Virus record (IMG/VR): IMGVR_UViG_2698536506_000010
Strand: one strand, 5' to 3'
From: a virus
Taxonomy: Duplodnaviria > Heunggongvirae > Uroviricota > Caudoviricetes
Length of the DNA: 43,693 nt
Below, one piece after another: positions 34,814-43,693 of this stretch; position 1 is the first letter of the stretch, and each line of letters opens with the position of its first letter. The translations under genes and the position numbers were made by a program. Below the pieces are notes generated by a model that worked only from the letters and a program-made list of their open reading frames with translations, made no database searches and was not told the origin of the DNA.

Positions 34814-37277
34814 GATATCGAATTTTCCAGGAACGCCTAAGCTGCGTTGCAGGGTGCCAAACGGCACCCTTTTTTATGACTGGCTGGCGGCCAATGACGC
34901 CACTTTCCACCGCGATCTGCTGATCGTCCGCAACGGCGTAAAGCTGGGCGACGATGATGAGCTGGCGTTTGAGCTGAGCGAGCTGGACCACATCCAGATA
35001 TTCGACCAGCCAAAGGGTATTGTCGATGACATCCTGAGCCCGATCTTTAAAGTGGTTGGTCAGGTATTTTCTTTCCTGGCGCCGAAGCCAGCTATTGCAA
35101 ACAACGGCGGTAATACCGTCGACTCGCCCAACAATAGCCTGACCGGTCAGACAAACACCGCGCGCGTCTACAAAGCCAAGCCGGACATCTACGGGCAGAT
35201 TCGTTCGTTCCCGGATCTGATCCAGGAATCAGTATTCGAATCCGTACACCAGACTTCCACAGACGGCGGCCTGAAGTACGTCACTGAATGGATGTGTATT
35301 GGGATCGGCAAATACGATTACGAGTCTGTGCGCTACTCAGAATCAAGCCTGGGCTCTCTGGCTGGTGCCGAATTCCAGTTCTTCCAGCCAGGAGAAGTTA
35401 TCCCGCAGATCGTCGAGGGATACGGGTTCGATGACGTTGACGGCCAGGAGGTTCCCGGGCAGAACGAAGCCAGCGACTTCCCGATCGAAACAGCAACGGC
35501 AAACACGGTGGTCAGCGGAACGTATTCCGGCGGCCAGATAGCGATGAAAATCGTGAAACAAGCCGAGTTCGATTATTTCATGGGGCTGGTTCTGCCGCAC
35601 GCTGTGACTTTCACCATCAACGTGACGTACAGCACGGCCTCAGGCAGCGTCACCACCGACGCGACATTCTCAGGCACGCTGATTTCAGCGGTTGAAACAA
35701 ACGACGGTGCAGTGGTTAACCCGGTGCGCTGGTACACGTTTACGATGAACCAGCTCGAGGGACCACAGGACATCCCGGCGAATGCCACTATCAACACCAC
35801 GAAATTCATCCTCAACGATAACGAGGCGCTGGTGGTTGGGCCGTTCTTTTCCCCGGTCGAGTCAACGCAGCTGTGGCTGCATACCCAGTCCAGCCTCGGT
35901 GGTAAGAAGGAGACAAACTGGAAGGTTGTCATCTGGAAAATCGACGACGACTACAACCAGGTGCCGGGAACGCAGCAGACGTTTACGTACCGGCAGACGA
36001 CGCCGCACCAGTCGACGAGCGAGGTGTTTTATCGCACTGACAAGATCACTCCGACCGGCGGGTTCGGGAAATACGCGGTCAGCTTCCAGCGCACGGATAA
36101 CTCCGGTGACGCGTCACTGCTGAAGGTAGAAGAGATCCACAGCATCAACATCAGGACAAACGTCGTTCACCCGACCGACACGCTTGTGCGAGTAAAAGTC
36201 CGGGCGACAGAGAACGCTCTTGGCAGCCGCGAGCGCAAATATAACGCACTGGTGACGCGCCATACCATTACGTACGACCTGGACACGCAGACGGTGGATT
36301 ACACCCTGAGGCCGTCGCGCTCGTTCGCTGATGCAGTGGCTCACACCTGGCTCATCATGGGTGAGCAGCCGGTAAGCAGCATTGACCTGTACGGGCTGTA
36401 CTCGATCGCCGAAAGCCTGCCTGATGAGCGACTGGGCTACTTCGACTACACGTTTGACGACGAGAACGACTCACTCGGCGACCGCGTGCAGGCGATCTGC
36501 AATGCGGCGTCGGTGGTGGCGTACTGGGATGACGGCGTGCTGACGTTTACTCGAGACCAGAAGGTTGATTACCCGGCGGCCGTATTCAACCGGGCCAACA
36601 TGAAGACGGACGAGTACAAAATGACGTACGAAGCTACTCTTCCAGGCGGTTATGACGGCGTGCAGGTGTCCTACGTTCACCCGACCACGAACAACAAGAC
36701 GTACATCAACTACCGCGTGCTGAACGGCGCTATCGTTGAACAGGAAGCGGAGAACCCGAACAAGCTGGAGATCGTCGGCTTCCGTAATGAGTATCAGGCC
36801 AGGGAGCGAGCTCTGCGCGAAACCAAGCGCCTGATCTACTCGCGCGTGAAGATGAACGCGAAAGTGTTTGAGGACGGCATTATCCAGGTCGGTAGCGTCA
36901 TCCAGATGCCAGACATCTATGACAGCAACCAGCAGGGTGGTTACGTCACCGGCCGCTCCGGGAATGACTTCGATACCAGCGAGCCGATCACGTTTACCGG
37001 CTCGATGTATGTGCTGGTTACCGACAGCCTGGGTAACCCAACTCTGCGTTATCCGGCCACCGCCCGTAGCGACACGAAGTACGGATTCACCGCGGCTATC
37101 CCTAACATTCAGCTCAACATATGGAACGGTGACACTGTGCAGCTACCGTCGCGCTATCTCATCGCGACAGTGGAAGAGCTGGACAGTCAGCTATGGACGG
37201 TCAACAGCATCAAACCGAACACAGACAATACGGTTTCCCTGACGATCGCAGAGTACAGCGACGCCATCTACCAATAA
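34800..37277 (+). CDS. Tail tip / host specificity protein (J-like) with possible gpI-like N-terminal domain (825 aa)
   Basis: Large protein after the K-like gene; N-terminal about 90 aa (LFYDWLAANDATFHRDLLIVRNGVKLGDDDELAFELSELDHIQIF) resembles tail assembly protein I. Confidence 0.55.
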   Translation: MALVEISNFPGTPKLRCRVPNGTLFYDWLAANDATFHRDLLIVRNGVKLGDDDELAFELSELDHIQIFDQPKGIVDDILSPIFKVVGQVFSFLAPKPAIANNGGNTVDSPNNSLTGQTNTARVYKAKPDIYGQIRSFPDLIQESVFESVHQTSTDGGLKYVTEWMCIGIGKYDYESVRYSESSLGSLAGAEFQFFQPGEVIPQIVEGYGFDDVDGQEVPGQNEASDFPIETATANTVVSGTYSGGQIAMKIVKQAEFDYFMGLVLPHAVTFTINVTYSTASGSVTTDATFSGTLISAVETNDGAVVNPVRWYTFTMNQLEGPQDIPANATINTTKFILNDNEALVVGPFFSPVESTQLWLHTQSSLGGKKETNWKVVIWKIDDDYNQVPGTQQTFTYRQTTPHQSTSEVFYRTDKITPTGGFGKYAVSFQRTDNSGDASLLKVEEIHSINIRTNVVHPTDTLVRVKVRATENALGSRERKYNALVTRHTITYDLDTQTVDYTLRPSRSFADAVAHTWLIMGEQPVSSIDLYGLYSIAESLPDERLGYFDYTFDDENDSLGDRVQAICNAASVVAYWDDGVLTFTRDQKVDYPAAVFNRANMKTDEYKMTYEATLPGGYDGVQVSYVHPTTNNKTYINYRVLNGAIVEQEAENPNKLEIVGFRNEYQARERALRETKRLIYSRVKMNAKVFEDGIIQVGSVIQMPDIYDSNQQGGYVTGRSGNDFDTSEPITFTGSMYVLVTDSLGNPTLRYPATARSDTKYGFTAAIPNIQLNIWNGDTVQLPSRYLIATVEELDSQLWTVNSIKPNTDNTVSLTIAEYSDAIYQ

Positions 37278-37299
37278 GAACCGTCCCCGACCAACCGAA

Positions 37300-37323
37300 C
37301 CCGGCCACCGCGCCGGGTTTTTT
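37300..37323 (+). terminator. Rho-independent terminator between J-like and tailspike genes
   Basis: CCCGGC-caccgc-GCCGGG hairpin followed by TTTTTT. Confidence 0.55.
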
Positions 37324-37334
37324 ATGGAACTAAT

Positions 37335-39311
37335 ATGGCTACGACACCTACCAACCTGTCAGTACCGAGCGAGTCCCCCCGCGATCTGAAATTTAACGCA
37401 GGGAAAATTGATGAATTTGTGACATCGCTGGCACTTCAGTACATTGATCGCTTTGGCAATGCTCATTACACCATCGAAGGCCTGCGCTGGATGGCGCAGC
37501 AGGCTATTTCCCAGTATGGGTGGGTTCCGATCGGAACATTCCAGGATGGTGCAACATTAACTCTGCCTAACCAAATCCTGAAAGACACCACCGACGGTGA
37601 ATACTATCGCTGGGACGGTTCATTTTTGCCATCAGGGAAGGTTGTGCCAAATGGTTCTACGCCAGGATCAACAGGTGGGGTTGGTGTAGGTGCATGGATA
37701 AGTGTTGGTGATTCGGCATTGCGCTCAATGCTTGCTTCTGAGCAAGGAGTTTCCATGGTTGGCGGCATTGCCATGGAGCTCGACTCTCAGGCCGATTTGG
37801 CAACAAACACAACTGTTCAGGGACGGCTGGTGGCAGTAAAGAACACTGTCGGTAGTTACAATAAATACTCCATAATTCCAAACTCTGGTGTGCTTGGCGA
37901 TGGCGATGTAATCATCGACAGGGTGGATGGATTGCAGGCAGAGCTTCAGATTGAAGGGGTTCTGGATGTACGGGCTTTTGCAAAGTCTGGTAGGACAGAC
38001 CAACAAATAATTCAGGCGGAATTAGATTACGCTGGATCTAAATCAGGTCATTGGGTTGTTGGCTTGACGGCCAAAGATAAAACCGGAACACCATGGAGAT
38101 TCAGCACACTTAACGTACCTGACAGCACTGTTTTTCAGGGGCATGGTGGCGCTCTTAAGCTAAATGACAATGTCTGTGTCGATGCTTCAGTTAGCTATTA
38201 CTTGCTGCATAACATAAACGGCAATGATGTATGGCTGGACGGGTTATATATCGATGGCAATATGAGCAATAACTCCTTGTTCACCGTTGCTGATCTTGTA
38301 ACCCTCATCGGAGAAGGGTCAAAAATCACCAATTGCACCCTTATGAATGCCCCCGACTCTGGTCTAATGTTCTCAGGTGTAAAGAATGGTCTAGCGTCTG
38401 CAAACACCATCGGCAATGGCAGAGATGTTGCTATCTATGCAAATGCAAGCGCAGACGGCAGCGCAAGGAACAATGTGTTATCTGACAATGTTCTGTACGG
38501 ATTCCCGGCAGGAGGAATAGGATTTAAACGTTATTTTGCTGATTGTGTAGCCAGCGGGAACGCAATTTATCTCTGTGGAAACGGCGTGACATTTGAGGAC
38601 TTTACTGTTGAGACCGAAGGTAAATTCCCCAAAAGGATTACGCTGTCTGGTACTTTTATGCGAGACATCGGCTTTCCACACCGCGCCACTGCTAACGTAG
38701 CAGAGCGAGGAATTAGCATTCAGCGTGCCTCTGATATCAGCATCACTGGTCTTCAGACAGTTAACGTTTCTGGCAATATATTATACATTGGAAATGGCAC
38801 AGATATCTGCGTTGATAACGCCATGCTTAGAGGTTATGTTGCAAGTCCACAAAGCAACGGAAATAACGGAGTGCTAGTCGTTAATGCCCAAGGAGGGCAC
38901 CTGAGTAATGTGAATGTTACCGCAGTGGCAAGCAGGGCAGGATATTTCCAGACCGTTAATGGCATGTCCGTTCGTGGCGGAAGATGGGTCAGTTCAGGGA
39001 CTCAGTCTGGCATCAGGGTAGATGCTACCGCTCAATTTTCAATATTTAATCCTGACTATATTTCTGGTGGATCTGGAGCTGACGAAGAGTGGTTTGAAGG
39101 AGCAACAGGGATATCGAACGGATACATCCGGGCTAATGCAACAGGCCCAGGCAGATACGGAATAAGAGAGCTTTCTGCTGGGCAGGGCACTAACCCAAAT
39201 ACAAGGCTTATCCCCAGATTTATTGGAGAGAAATGCGTTACCTTGTCAGATAGCGCAATCTGGATGGCAAAAGGTATGTCTAACTCTGATTGGGTTAAGT
39301 TATCTAACTGA
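37335..39311 (+). CDS. Tailspike / receptor-binding protein with beta-helix polysaccharide depolymerase-like domain (658 aa)
   Basis: Gly/Asn/Ser/Val-rich repeats (NAIYLCGNG, ITGLQTVNVSGNILYIGNG, NGNNGVLVVNAQGG) typical of right-handed beta-helix tailspikes; lower GC in the C-terminal two-thirds. Confidence 0.65.
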   Translation: MATTPTNLSVPSESPRDLKFNAGKIDEFVTSLALQYIDRFGNAHYTIEGLRWMAQQAISQYGWVPIGTFQDGATLTLPNQILKDTTDGEYYRWDGSFLPSGKVVPNGSTPGSTGGVGVGAWISVGDSALRSMLASEQGVSMVGGIAMELDSQADLATNTTVQGRLVAVKNTVGSYNKYSIIPNSGVLGDGDVIIDRVDGLQAELQIEGVLDVRAFAKSGRTDQQIIQAELDYAGSKSGHWVVGLTAKDKTGTPWRFSTLNVPDSTVFQGHGGALKLNDNVCVDASVSYYLLHNINGNDVWLDGLYIDGNMSNNSLFTVADLVTLIGEGSKITNCTLMNAPDSGLMFSGVKNGLASANTIGNGRDVAIYANASADGSARNNVLSDNVLYGFPAGGIGFKRYFADCVASGNAIYLCGNGVTFEDFTVETEGKFPKRITLSGTFMRDIGFPHRATANVAERGISIQRASDISITGLQTVNVSGNILYIGNGTDICVDNAMLRGYVASPQSNGNNGVLVVNAQGGHLSNVNVTAVASRAGYFQTVNGMSVRGGRWVSSGTQSGIRVDATAQFSIFNPDYISGGSGADEEWFEGATGISNGYIRANATGPGRYGIRELSAGQGTNPNTRLIPRFIGEKCVTLSDSAIWMAKGMSNSDWVKLSN

Positions 39312-40572
39312 AGTCAGGCCGCTGATGCGGCCTTTTCTCTGATAAAAACTGATTTATTAACTGCATAGTGTAAATAAGCATTAATACTTGAAAAACGAAA
39401 AGTACTCTCTTGCCTGAGCCATATGCTGAAGGCGAGAACATAATCATCATCACTGACGCACACGCCAGGAGAATGGTGAAACAACTGTAAAATGCATCAT
39501 TTTTACACCTGGCATTAAAAACTGCGAGGCATATCATTGAACTAATTGTCAGTAGAGTCACTGCGTGAGATATGTAAACAGTAGTTCCAGCCCAATTACT
39601 TCCTGATAGATAATTAGAGTTTACCATTCCTTTGAATATATTCGCCCCAAGGAGAAAAGATAAGAACATTATTAATTTTACGGCTACAATCGCAGCCGAA
39701 ATTGATGGCAGGACTTTAAAATCTTTTCTTTTCACATAGAGTAACAACAAAGTAAGCATAGCGATATTGATTAGTACGTTGCCAGAAGATGATACGTGAC
39801 TGCTTAAGACATCCACACCTATTGATAGTTTTTGAAAGATGCCATAGCTAACGTAATCTGGAAGCCAGTTTTTTGACTCACTAAAATATCTTAACTTATT
39901 ACCGGGAGCAGAAAAAAGAATAATGGCGCAAGCAATAGTTGTAACGAACATTGCGGCTATGATTGGAGTTATCCTTTTGAGATAGATAGCTCTGCATGCT
40001 AGAAATATCAAGAAGCAGATAGATATCTGTTCGTTGAACCCAAAGTACATAGCAGGTAAAACAGAGAGTGACTTAAGTATAATATTTAATGATTTCTCGT
40101 TAAGTACTGCATAAACAGACAGTAGGCAAAGAGTTGCTGGCATTAGATAGTTATATGACCCTGCGATCCACCATGATGCATCCGCATTAACTTCAGGTTC
40201 TATTAAGAAAAACATAAATAAAGAAACTGTGAAAGGAATCATCGCTCCTTGCTTTTCTCGAAGAGTTATCTTACTTATAATAAAAGATATCAAAATAACA
40301 CATGCTGGTATGAAAGTTTTCCAAAAGTATTCATAACGTATTGTATAGACCATGAGAGCATCTATAGTTAATCTCCCACTCCATTTTATATATCTGTCAT
40401 ATATAACATCATATACATTAGAGTTTAAAAGCAAGCGTGAGAAATTTAAATCATCTCCTGAGTGACGCAAGGATAAACCAGAAAAAAGAAATGCAATAAT
40501 AGCGATAATAAGCATGGCGGCAGTGACTTTTATGGCCACTATCATTTTATTTGCATTGGTAATGGATTTCAT
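39304..40572 (-). CDS. Polytopic membrane protein, putative serotype-specific component of the O-antigen modification operon (422 aa)
   Basis: Many predicted transmembrane segments, very AT-rich, last gene of the gtrA-gtrB operon; overlaps the upstream ORF by 26 nt in another frame. Confidence 0.5.
   Translation of the reverse strand: MKSITNANKMIVAIKVTAAMLIIAIIAFLFSGLSLRHSGDDLNFSRLLLNSNVYDVIYDRYIKWSGRLTIDALMVYTIRYEYFWKTFIPACVILISFIISKITLREKQGAMIPFTVSLFMFFLIEPEVNADASWWIAGSYNYLMPATLCLLSVYAVLNEKSLNIILKSLSVLPAMYFGFNEQISICFLIFLACRAIYLKRITPIIAAMFVTTIACAIILFSAPGNKLRYFSESKNWLPDYVSYGIFQKLSIGVDVLSSHVSSSGNVLINIAMLTLLLLYVKRKDFKVLPSISAAIVAVKLIMFLSFLLGANIFKGMVNSNYLSGSNWAGTTVYISHAVTLLTISSMICLAVFNARCKNDAFYSCFTILLACASVMMIMFSPSAYGSGKRVLFVFQVLMLIYTMQLINQFLSEKRPHQRPDFS
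39316..39340 (+). terminator. Rho-independent terminator after the tailspike gene
   Basis: AGGCCGC-tgat-GCGGCCT hairpin followed by TTTCTCT. Confidence 0.5.
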
Positions 40573-41011
40573 AATTATGGAGTCCGTCGTTAATCAATAT
40601 AGCAATATTGCCAGTGAATTTTTTAACCTTTTTGTTTCTTACTTGAGAGTTAAACCCAGAGCGATCATAAAGCAATGGTTTTCCAAAAGCTCGACTTACA
40701 TCACTTCTTCTGGTCATTGACTTGGGTATGCGCAACCATTTATCTCCGCCTATGCCAGCATAGATATTAACACTATAAAGTGTTTGCAAATTGTAGTTTT
40801 TTACTGCTGCCCAACCATTAACTACAAGTCTGCCGTCCTCAACCCGGCATCTATCTATATGATATATAATTCCTGAACTTGTTTTAGCATTGTCAAATTT
40901 AAATGTCGAAACGTCTGCTTTGTTAATATAAAAATAAAAGCCAGCAGGCAACATAATAGATGTTACAAACAATCCGACAAGTAATGTTTTTACAGGTAGT
41001 GAGACCTTCAT
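40547..41011 (-). CDS. Membrane-anchored protein (154 aa), possible N-terminal part or partner of the serotype-specific component
   Basis: N-terminal transmembrane helix then soluble domain; ATG overlaps the gtrB stop. Confidence 0.4.
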   Translation of the reverse strand: MKVSLPVKTLLVGLFVTSIMLPAGFYFYINKADVSTFKFDNAKTSSGIIYHIDRCRVEDGRLVVNGWAAVKNYNLQTLYSVNIYAGIGGDKWLRIPKSMTRRSDVSRAFGKPLLYDRSGFNSQVRNKKVKKFTGNIAILINDGLHNYEIHYQCK

Positions 41012-41925
41012 CCTTTCCTCTTCAAAATATATCTAGGACGGCTCTTTACTTCGGTGTAAATTCTTCCGATGTACTCACCAAGCACCCCGATACCAATCAA
41101 TTGGACTCCACCAAGGAAAAGGATAGAAACAAGAAGTGACGGGTAGCCCCGCACTGCGTTACCAAAAGCAAGGGTATCAACTATCATCCATGAGCCATAG
41201 AGGAGCGCCACGCCTGCAACCAGAAGGCCGATGTAAGTCCACATGCGAAGCGGGAAAGTAGAGAAACTCGTGATACCCTCAAGTGCCAGGTTCCACAACT
41301 TCCAGCCGTTAAATTTCGTACTTCCTGCGACGCGTTCTGCGCGGGCATATTCAACGACATCTGTACGGCCGCCAACCCAGCTCAATACGCCCTTCATGAA
41401 CAGGTTGCGCTCTGGCATGAGCTTAATGTTTTCCACCACCTCGCGGGACATAAGGCGGAAGTCACCAACGTTTTCTTCAATCTTCGGGTTGCTGATTTTG
41501 TTGTGCAGCTTATAGAACCATTCAGCGGTCTTGCGCTTCAGTCTGCCATCTGTAGAGCGATCAGAGCGTTTAGCGAGAACCATATCAGCACCGGCCTGCC
41601 ATTTCTCGATAAGGTGAGGAATGACTTCGATAGGGTCCTGCAAGTCTACGTCAATCGGGATAATTGCTTCACCGGTCGCGTGGTCAAGGCCGGCGAACAG
41701 GGCTGGTTCTTTCCCAAAGTTACGAGTAAATGACAATGGAACAACAAGCGTATCGGCAACAGCAAGCGCGTTAATAATTGATTCTGTCGCGTCTTTGCTG
41801 CCGTCATTGATGAATACTATCTCGACTTCATGCTGCTGAAGGCCTTCAAATTCCCGAACCGTTTTATAAAAAATCGGTATCGCGTCTTCTTCGTTGAAGA
41901 CGGGAACGACCAGAGAAATTTTCAT
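41008..41925 (-). CDS. gtrB: GtrB-like bactoprenol glucosyltransferase (GT2 family)
   Basis: GT2 hallmarks ([25 protein letters not shown]), C-terminal transmembrane helices, length about 305 aa; coupled to gtrA. Confidence 0.85.
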   Translation of the reverse strand: MKISLVVPVFNEEDAIPIFYKTVREFEGLQQHEVEIVFINDGSKDATESIINALAVADTLVVPLSFTRNFGKEPALFAGLDHATGEAIIPIDVDLQDPIEVIPHLIEKWQAGADMVLAKRSDRSTDGRLKRKTAEWFYKLHNKISNPKIEENVGDFRLMSREVVENIKLMPERNLFMKGVLSWVGGRTDVVEYARAERVAGSTKFNGWKLWNLALEGITSFSTFPLRMWTYIGLLVAGVALLYGSWMIVDTLAFGNAVRGYPSLLVSILFLGGVQLIGIGVLGEYIGRIYTEVKSRPRYILKRKG

Positions 41926-42284
41926 TTCGCATCCCTAAAGACAATAAACTTAGAATAGAAAAAGCCACATACAAGACTAATGGCGGAGAACGCCACCAGT
42001 GTGACGATTGGCGGTAAGCCACACCTGTCAGCAGCCCAACCTACAGCAGCACTCAGCGTTCCCATAAACCCAACGTAAAGCATGTAACGCAGCGTGGAAG
42101 TGGATGCTTTAAAAGTGAAGCGTGCGTTAGCGTAGAAACTAAAGCTGACGGCTACCACGAAACCTGCAAAGTTAGCCAATGCCTGACTTGTGGATAGGCC
42201 ATACACGCAAACACCAAACACGACCCAGTGAATGAGTGTGTTCAGTACGCCAATCGATGTGTACTTAGCAAAAAGTTTTAACAT
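41922..42284 (-). CDS. gtrA: GtrA-like flippase for bactoprenol-linked glucose
   Basis: About 120 aa, four predicted transmembrane helices, begins [20 protein letters not shown] as in GtrA-family proteins; first gene of the operon. Confidence 0.8.
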   Translation of the reverse strand: MLKLFAKYTSIGVLNTLIHWVVFGVCVYGLSTSQALANFAGFVVAVSFSFYANARFTFKASTSTLRYMLYVGFMGTLSAAVGWAADRCGLPPIVTLVAFSAISLVCGFFYSKFIVFRDAK

Positions 42285-42360
42285 TAGAAAAATCAGTCAA
42301 TTCTGAGAAGGCAGAAGTTTAGCACCAACAAACAACTTGATCGACTATCAGAATAAGATG

Positions 42361-42380
42361 TACTGTATATGTGTACAGTA
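42361..42380. promoter_or_regulatory. LexA (SOS) box
   Basis: TACTGTATATGTGTACAGTA matches the CTGT-N8-ACAG consensus closely; about 20 nt upstream of the ATG at 42400. Confidence 0.7.
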
Positions 42381-42399
42381 TTTATTTTTGGGTGACTAT

Positions 42400-42639
42400 A
42401 TGCCGCGTCGTTCAGATATCGTGATCGCCTTCAGAGCCTCTATTGTGCATGAAAGGTCAGGCCGCAGGATTGTGAAAACTGCTGATTTTGTTCAGGAACT
42501 ACTAAAGGTCAACTGGGACCTAAGTATGGAAGAGGCGAATCAGTGGATAGATAGGTACACAACCTGCTTCAAAGACATCACTCCTGACCACGGAGAGAAC
42601 AAGACGTGGTTCATGTACAACCCGAATGGAGGGCTTTGA
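42400..42639 (+). CDS. Hypothetical SOS-regulated small protein (80 aa)
   Basis: First ORF after the LexA box; stop lies 1 nt before the UmuD'-like start; no family recognised. Confidence 0.4.
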   Translation: MPRRSDIVIAFRASIVHERSGRRIVKTADFVQELLKVNWDLSMEEANQWIDRYTTCFKDITPDHGENKTWFMYNPNGGL

Positions 42640-42640
42640 T

Positions 42641-43024
42641 ATGGCATTTGCATCCCCGGCTAAGGACTATGTGGAGCGCGGCATCTCTTTAGATGCTGAG
42701 TTGATTAGCCATCCATCGGCGACTTACTATGTCAGGTCTGATGTGGCTATTTTGCGTGCCGGCATTAAGCAAGGCGCGCTGCTTGTCGTGGACTCAGCAG
42801 TAAATCCATGTGATGGCTCGATCGTTCTCTGTTCCATCGATGGCCAGTTTGTCCTGAGGTATTACCGTATGTTCCCATGCTTGCATCTGGAGAACATGGA
42901 GACAGGTCGGAAGGAAAGGGCGCGCGGACTCGACGACGGAAGTGCAATCGATGTTTTCGGCGTGGTGACATACATCATTAACAATGCGCGCACCGGTGAA
43001 TTCGACGACAACCCGGTTATTTAA
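42641..43024 (+). CDS. UmuD'-like protein (HumD-like), pre-truncated and lacking the Ser/Lys catalytic dyad (127 aa)
   Basis: Aligns with E. coli UmuD from about residue 25 (SPAKDYVE..., HPSATYYV, LLVVDSA, DVFGVV); Ser60 and Lys97 positions are Ala/Val and Arg; GGAGGG RBS. Confidence 0.65.
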   Translation: MAFASPAKDYVERGISLDAELISHPSATYYVRSDVAILRAGIKQGALLVVDSAVNPCDGSIVLCSIDGQFVLRYYRMFPCLHLENMETGRKERARGLDDGSAIDVFGVVTYIINNARTGEFDDNPVI

Positions 43025-43693
43025 TCAGACGGGCTCGATTAACTCCGGGCCCTGATTCTTCACATTACCAACAGCGCGCGACACTGCGTGCCAGATAAAT
43101 GCATCTGCTGGCACCGAACCGTCGGAAACAATCTCCTCTGCTTCTTTCCCGCCCACATCCTGCCGCATCCATTCGCGTGCTGCTTCCGGTGACAGAACGA
43201 GTTGCCTGCGGTCGTGAATATCGACCAGTCCTTTATCGGCAGCCGCCGTGACTATCATAAAGCCTTCCGCTTCATCATCACGCTCAAACGGCGTACTGCC
43301 TATCGCCGCCATGAATATCGGCTTACCGTCCGCCCGATGAATGAAGTACGGCTGCTTCTTTTCGCCTTGCTTCTTCCATTCGAACCAGCCATCAGCAAAG
43401 ACTATCGCCCGGCCATGTTGCCAGAGCGGTTTGAACATCCGACTGGTGGCCGCAGTTTCCACACGTGCGTTTATCAGAGGCGGCTTATCCCACCATCCTG
43501 GAGCATAGCCCCAGTAAACCGGATCGAGGTGTAGTTGTTCATCTCGTTCGCTCAGCAGCAAAACTTTAGTGCCTGGCGCCACGTTGTACCGGCCAATGGG
43601 TTCCGGGTCGAACGGAATGTCACACTCGGCCTCTTCAGCGATTAACGCCAGATAATCTTCACGGGTCATTGATTGAGAGAAACGTCCGCACAT
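43025..43693 (-). CDS. yedK: YedK-like SOS-response-associated peptidase (SRAP / abasic-site processing protein)
   Basis: Canonical N-terminus MCGRF with Cys2, conserved blocks (RYNVAPGT, PLINARVET, FADGWFEWKK); ATG occupies the last three bases of the window. Confidence 0.8.
   Translation of the reverse strand: MCGRFSQSMTREDYLALIAEEAECDIPFDPEPIGRYNVAPGTKVLLLSERDEQLHLDPVYWGYAPGWWDKPPLINARVETAATSRMFKPLWQHGRAIVFADGWFEWKKQGEKKQPYFIHRADGKPIFMAAIGSTPFERDDEAEGFMIVTAAADKGLVDIHDRRQLVLSPEAAREWMRQDVGGKEAEEIVSDGSVPADAFIWHAVSRAVGNVKNQGPELIEPV

Overview
The window is almost entirely one lambdoid (lambda-like) prophage of an enterobacterial host, read in lambda map orientation, followed by a short SOS-regulated locus at the right edge. 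Backbone GC is high (roughly mid-50s %), with several clearly AT-richer inserts. Order, left to right: excisionase (integrase must lie left of the window); a leftward early operon on the minus strand (putative N-position gene, several small ORFs, coiled-coil protein, Gam-like, Bet, small zinc-finger ORF, lambda-type Exo, HTH protein, TGT/DpdA-like protein, TraR-like zinc finger, DUF551); immunity region (CI-like repressor, OL/OR operator palindromes, Cro-like YdaS-family and CII-position YdaT-family proteins); replication genes O (with internal iteron origin) and P; a nin region (NinB, NinE, lambda-type Ser/Thr phosphatase, NinG); Q-like antiterminator with tandem terminators; lysis cassette (two-TMD holin, SAR-type lysozyme, Rz with embedded Rz1); an AT-rich accessory island carrying a zinc-ribbon/DUF4145 protein; terminase small and large subunits; a small moron; portal, head morphogenesis, scaffold-like and major capsid genes; tail genes (major tail protein with Ig-like domain, chaperone, lipoprotein moron, tape measure, minor tail proteins, NlpC/P60 protein, J-like tip protein, beta-helix tailspike); a minus-strand AT-rich gtrA-gtrB-type O-antigen glucosylation operon; then a LexA-box operon with a UmuD'-like protein and a convergent YedK-type peptidase gene. 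No tRNA, rRNA or CRISPR array was recognised. All family assignments come from reading the translated ORFs and recalled motifs, not from database searches; coordinates of short DNA motifs may be off by a base or two.
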